In this document: positions 62,123 to 64,000 of the stretch, one piece after another | Layout: every line of letters begins with the position of its first letter | How positions within the stretch are numbered: position 1 is the first letter of the stretch | DNA from: Fimicolochytrium jonesii | Taxonomy: Eukaryota | Assembly (NCBI RefSeq): GCF_025526975.1 | Contig: NW_026515705.1 | Location: 1-64,000 of the forward strand | Direction: 5' to 3' | Length of the DNA stretch: 64,000 nucleotides | Notes under the pieces: model-generated | Databases searched by the model: none | Told to the model about the DNA's origin: nothing | The model's input: the letters and a program-made list of their open reading frames with translations, nothing else | Made by a program: the position numbers and the translations under genes

Positions 62123-63344
62123 ATGGGGTCAGGGGCAAGCAAGAAAGCCGGGCCAATGGCTGCGGGCGGGGACGTCACGCAAGGACATGACAATAACACC
62201 GAAAAAGGCAGCTCATCATCGCCTAGTTCCACTCATGCACACCAGCCCCAGTCGCAACACCATCACCAACAACCCCACGCCCAAACACCAGCCCATTCGC
62301 GGCACGCAACCTCAAATTCTACCTCAGCCGCATCACCCTTAGCAGGGCATCATCATCCACCACAATGGCCAGCGCCGCTAAAAACCGGCAGCGGTGCGGG
62401 CTCTCCGTCGCCGCAGCGTAACACGAATGCGACGGCGGAGGCGCATGTGTCGCCGACGACGGGCAAGGTGACGAGTTTGCCGACGAGTGGAGGTGCGAAG
62501 GGTGGTGGCGGGCGGTTTCGACCGTATGGGGATGATGACAACACAGCGGCGGAAAGTGGGGCTAGTGTTGCTGGTAGGTGTGCGAGGGATCGCGGATGTC
62601 TTTACTGGCCGACGCTGCGGGGATGAGTGCGCGAATGCGTAGAGGTTCAGGGACTGATGTTCCTGCGCATCTCGGTACCGGAGGGTTCTCTCTTTTGATC
62701 GTTTTCGCATTGACGCTGCTGCCACAGGAAGTAAAGGCGGGCGGCTAGGGGCATTGCGACAGGGACGCGTAGAAGAGGTAAGAAATTCTAATGACCCACG
62801 TGCCTCACATCATTAGGAAAGTGGATTGGGATATGGGCCAGAGGAGATGTGTGGATGTGTTGCGTTGTTGCCACGCCATTTGAGAAATGAGGGGAAACCC
62901 CGAAGAGACAATCCGCTCACGATGTTCTCTTCCCGCTTTCCGCGGAATAGCCGGCACATCAAGTCAAGTTCGACAAGGAGAAGTTCAAAAAAGCGAATAA
63001 GGAGAAGGTGAGTGGTGGTCCACAGTCAACCCGTTTCCCCGAGATACTTTCTCGATACCGTACTACCTCTCCTCACACACCCAATACTCCCGCAGTTCCA
63101 ACTAGATGAACCACTCCCATCGCCCGCCAGCGTAACCCCCACCCACGCCACACCCGCCGGCTTCGACCACTTTGCCCAAACAGGTGCAGCACGACGGCAC
63201 CAACAGGACGACGACAATGATGATGATGACGGGCGTGGTCGTGATGGCGGAGGCGGGAAGGGGCGGTTCATGAATGACTCTGATGAGGATTTCATGGCGG
63301 AGATATTGAGGGAGACGGAGTTTATTGTGCATGATCGGTTTTGA
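62123..63344 (+). CDS. Small N-myristoylated, largely disordered protein (4 exons); cystin-like termini
   Basis: MGSGASKK start. Phase-consistent exons at ~62123-62573, 62728-62777, 62951-63007 and 63097-63344. C-terminus is MNDSDEDFMAEILRETEFIVHDRF. Confidence 0.65.
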
Positions 63345-63732
63345 TGCTCCCGGTCATTTAGGTGGACTGATGTGCCGGGGGGAGCGGGGTTGGATGCGGC
63401 TTGCACGGCCATGGTTAGAGGCGGGGAGATACCACTTGATCGACAATAAACCCTCCTGAACCATGTGTAAAACGTCGCTGCAGTGCTTTTTCAATTAGCA
63501 AAGCGGCAGGATAGTCCGCATGGATGGAACGTGAAGAGCACATGATGCGCTTACACCCGACCCGAGTGAATGACTGTACCAGAAACATGACGATAATAAT
63601 GATAGGGATATAGTACAAATAGTGGTGGGAATAGCGTTGGGGCAGGTGCGTGCGTATTTGCGTCCAGAGTGCATGGGCACAACGATATGCCTGTAAAATT
63701 CTCCATGTGGGAGGCGGGACATTTCCCAAGCC

Positions 63733-63989
63733 TCACGACGGCGGACTCGCAGCCTGCGATTGCAGGGCCGGGACGGAGAATGCTCCTGACGAGCTGACTA
63801 GAAACAACAGAAGAGACGCGGATAAGTTTGGCGTTACGAAAACCCAATGCGTGACGCATGATAACCGGGTACCAATGGAAACGTACTGGCAATGATCCCT
63901 TTCTGCTTGAGCGTGAACAGCACGATGGCGAGGATGATCAGGATGACGATGAGAAGGATAAAGATGATGAAAATTTTGTCGGTTGCCAT
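63733..63989 (-). CDS. Putative 55-aa single-pass membrane microprotein (2 exons; may extend beyond the window)
   Basis: MATDKIFIIFILLIVILIILAIVLFTLKQKGIIA|ISSSGAFSVPALQSQAASPPS*; GTACGT donor at 63886 and TTCTAG acceptor ending at 63798. Confidence 0.55.
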
Positions 63990-64000
63990 GCGTCTGTTTA

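Overview
This is intron-rich eukaryotic DNA with short GT-AG introns and CTAAC/CTGAC branch points. The gene content is fungal, and the window most resembles a zoosporic fungus (chytrid, Spizellomycetales-like); that assignment is inferred. About 21 protein-coding genes can be modelled by hand. Recognisable ones: SEM1/DSS1, a GH20 hexosaminidase, a GLI/ZIC-like 4-finger C2H2 transcription factor, PP4R3/PSY2, SPE3, bystin/ENP1, calponin/SCP1, CYT1, a pyruvate-kinase homologue, Afi1/MesA, a COG0523/CobW GTPase and TRM7. The rest are a large FHA protein and several secreted or membrane orphans. A gene-poor block at ~29.4-33 kb holds a Ty3/gypsy integrase remnant and a 199-bp TA-flanked MITE. Most notable: (1) a pyruvate kinase with catalytic motifs altered (ARGD->DRGY, ATQ->ANQ); (2) a 7TM GPCR-like gene split over small exons and invisible in the ORF track; (3) a myristoylated protein resembling the ciliary protein cystin; (4) a GPI-type protein resembling the agrin NtA domain; (5) a TF with six HxRxxS NDR/LATS-type sites; (6) a shared palindromic GCGAGCG-rich element in three unrelated introns. 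All exon models and homologies come from manual reading and recalled family motifs, not from database searches.
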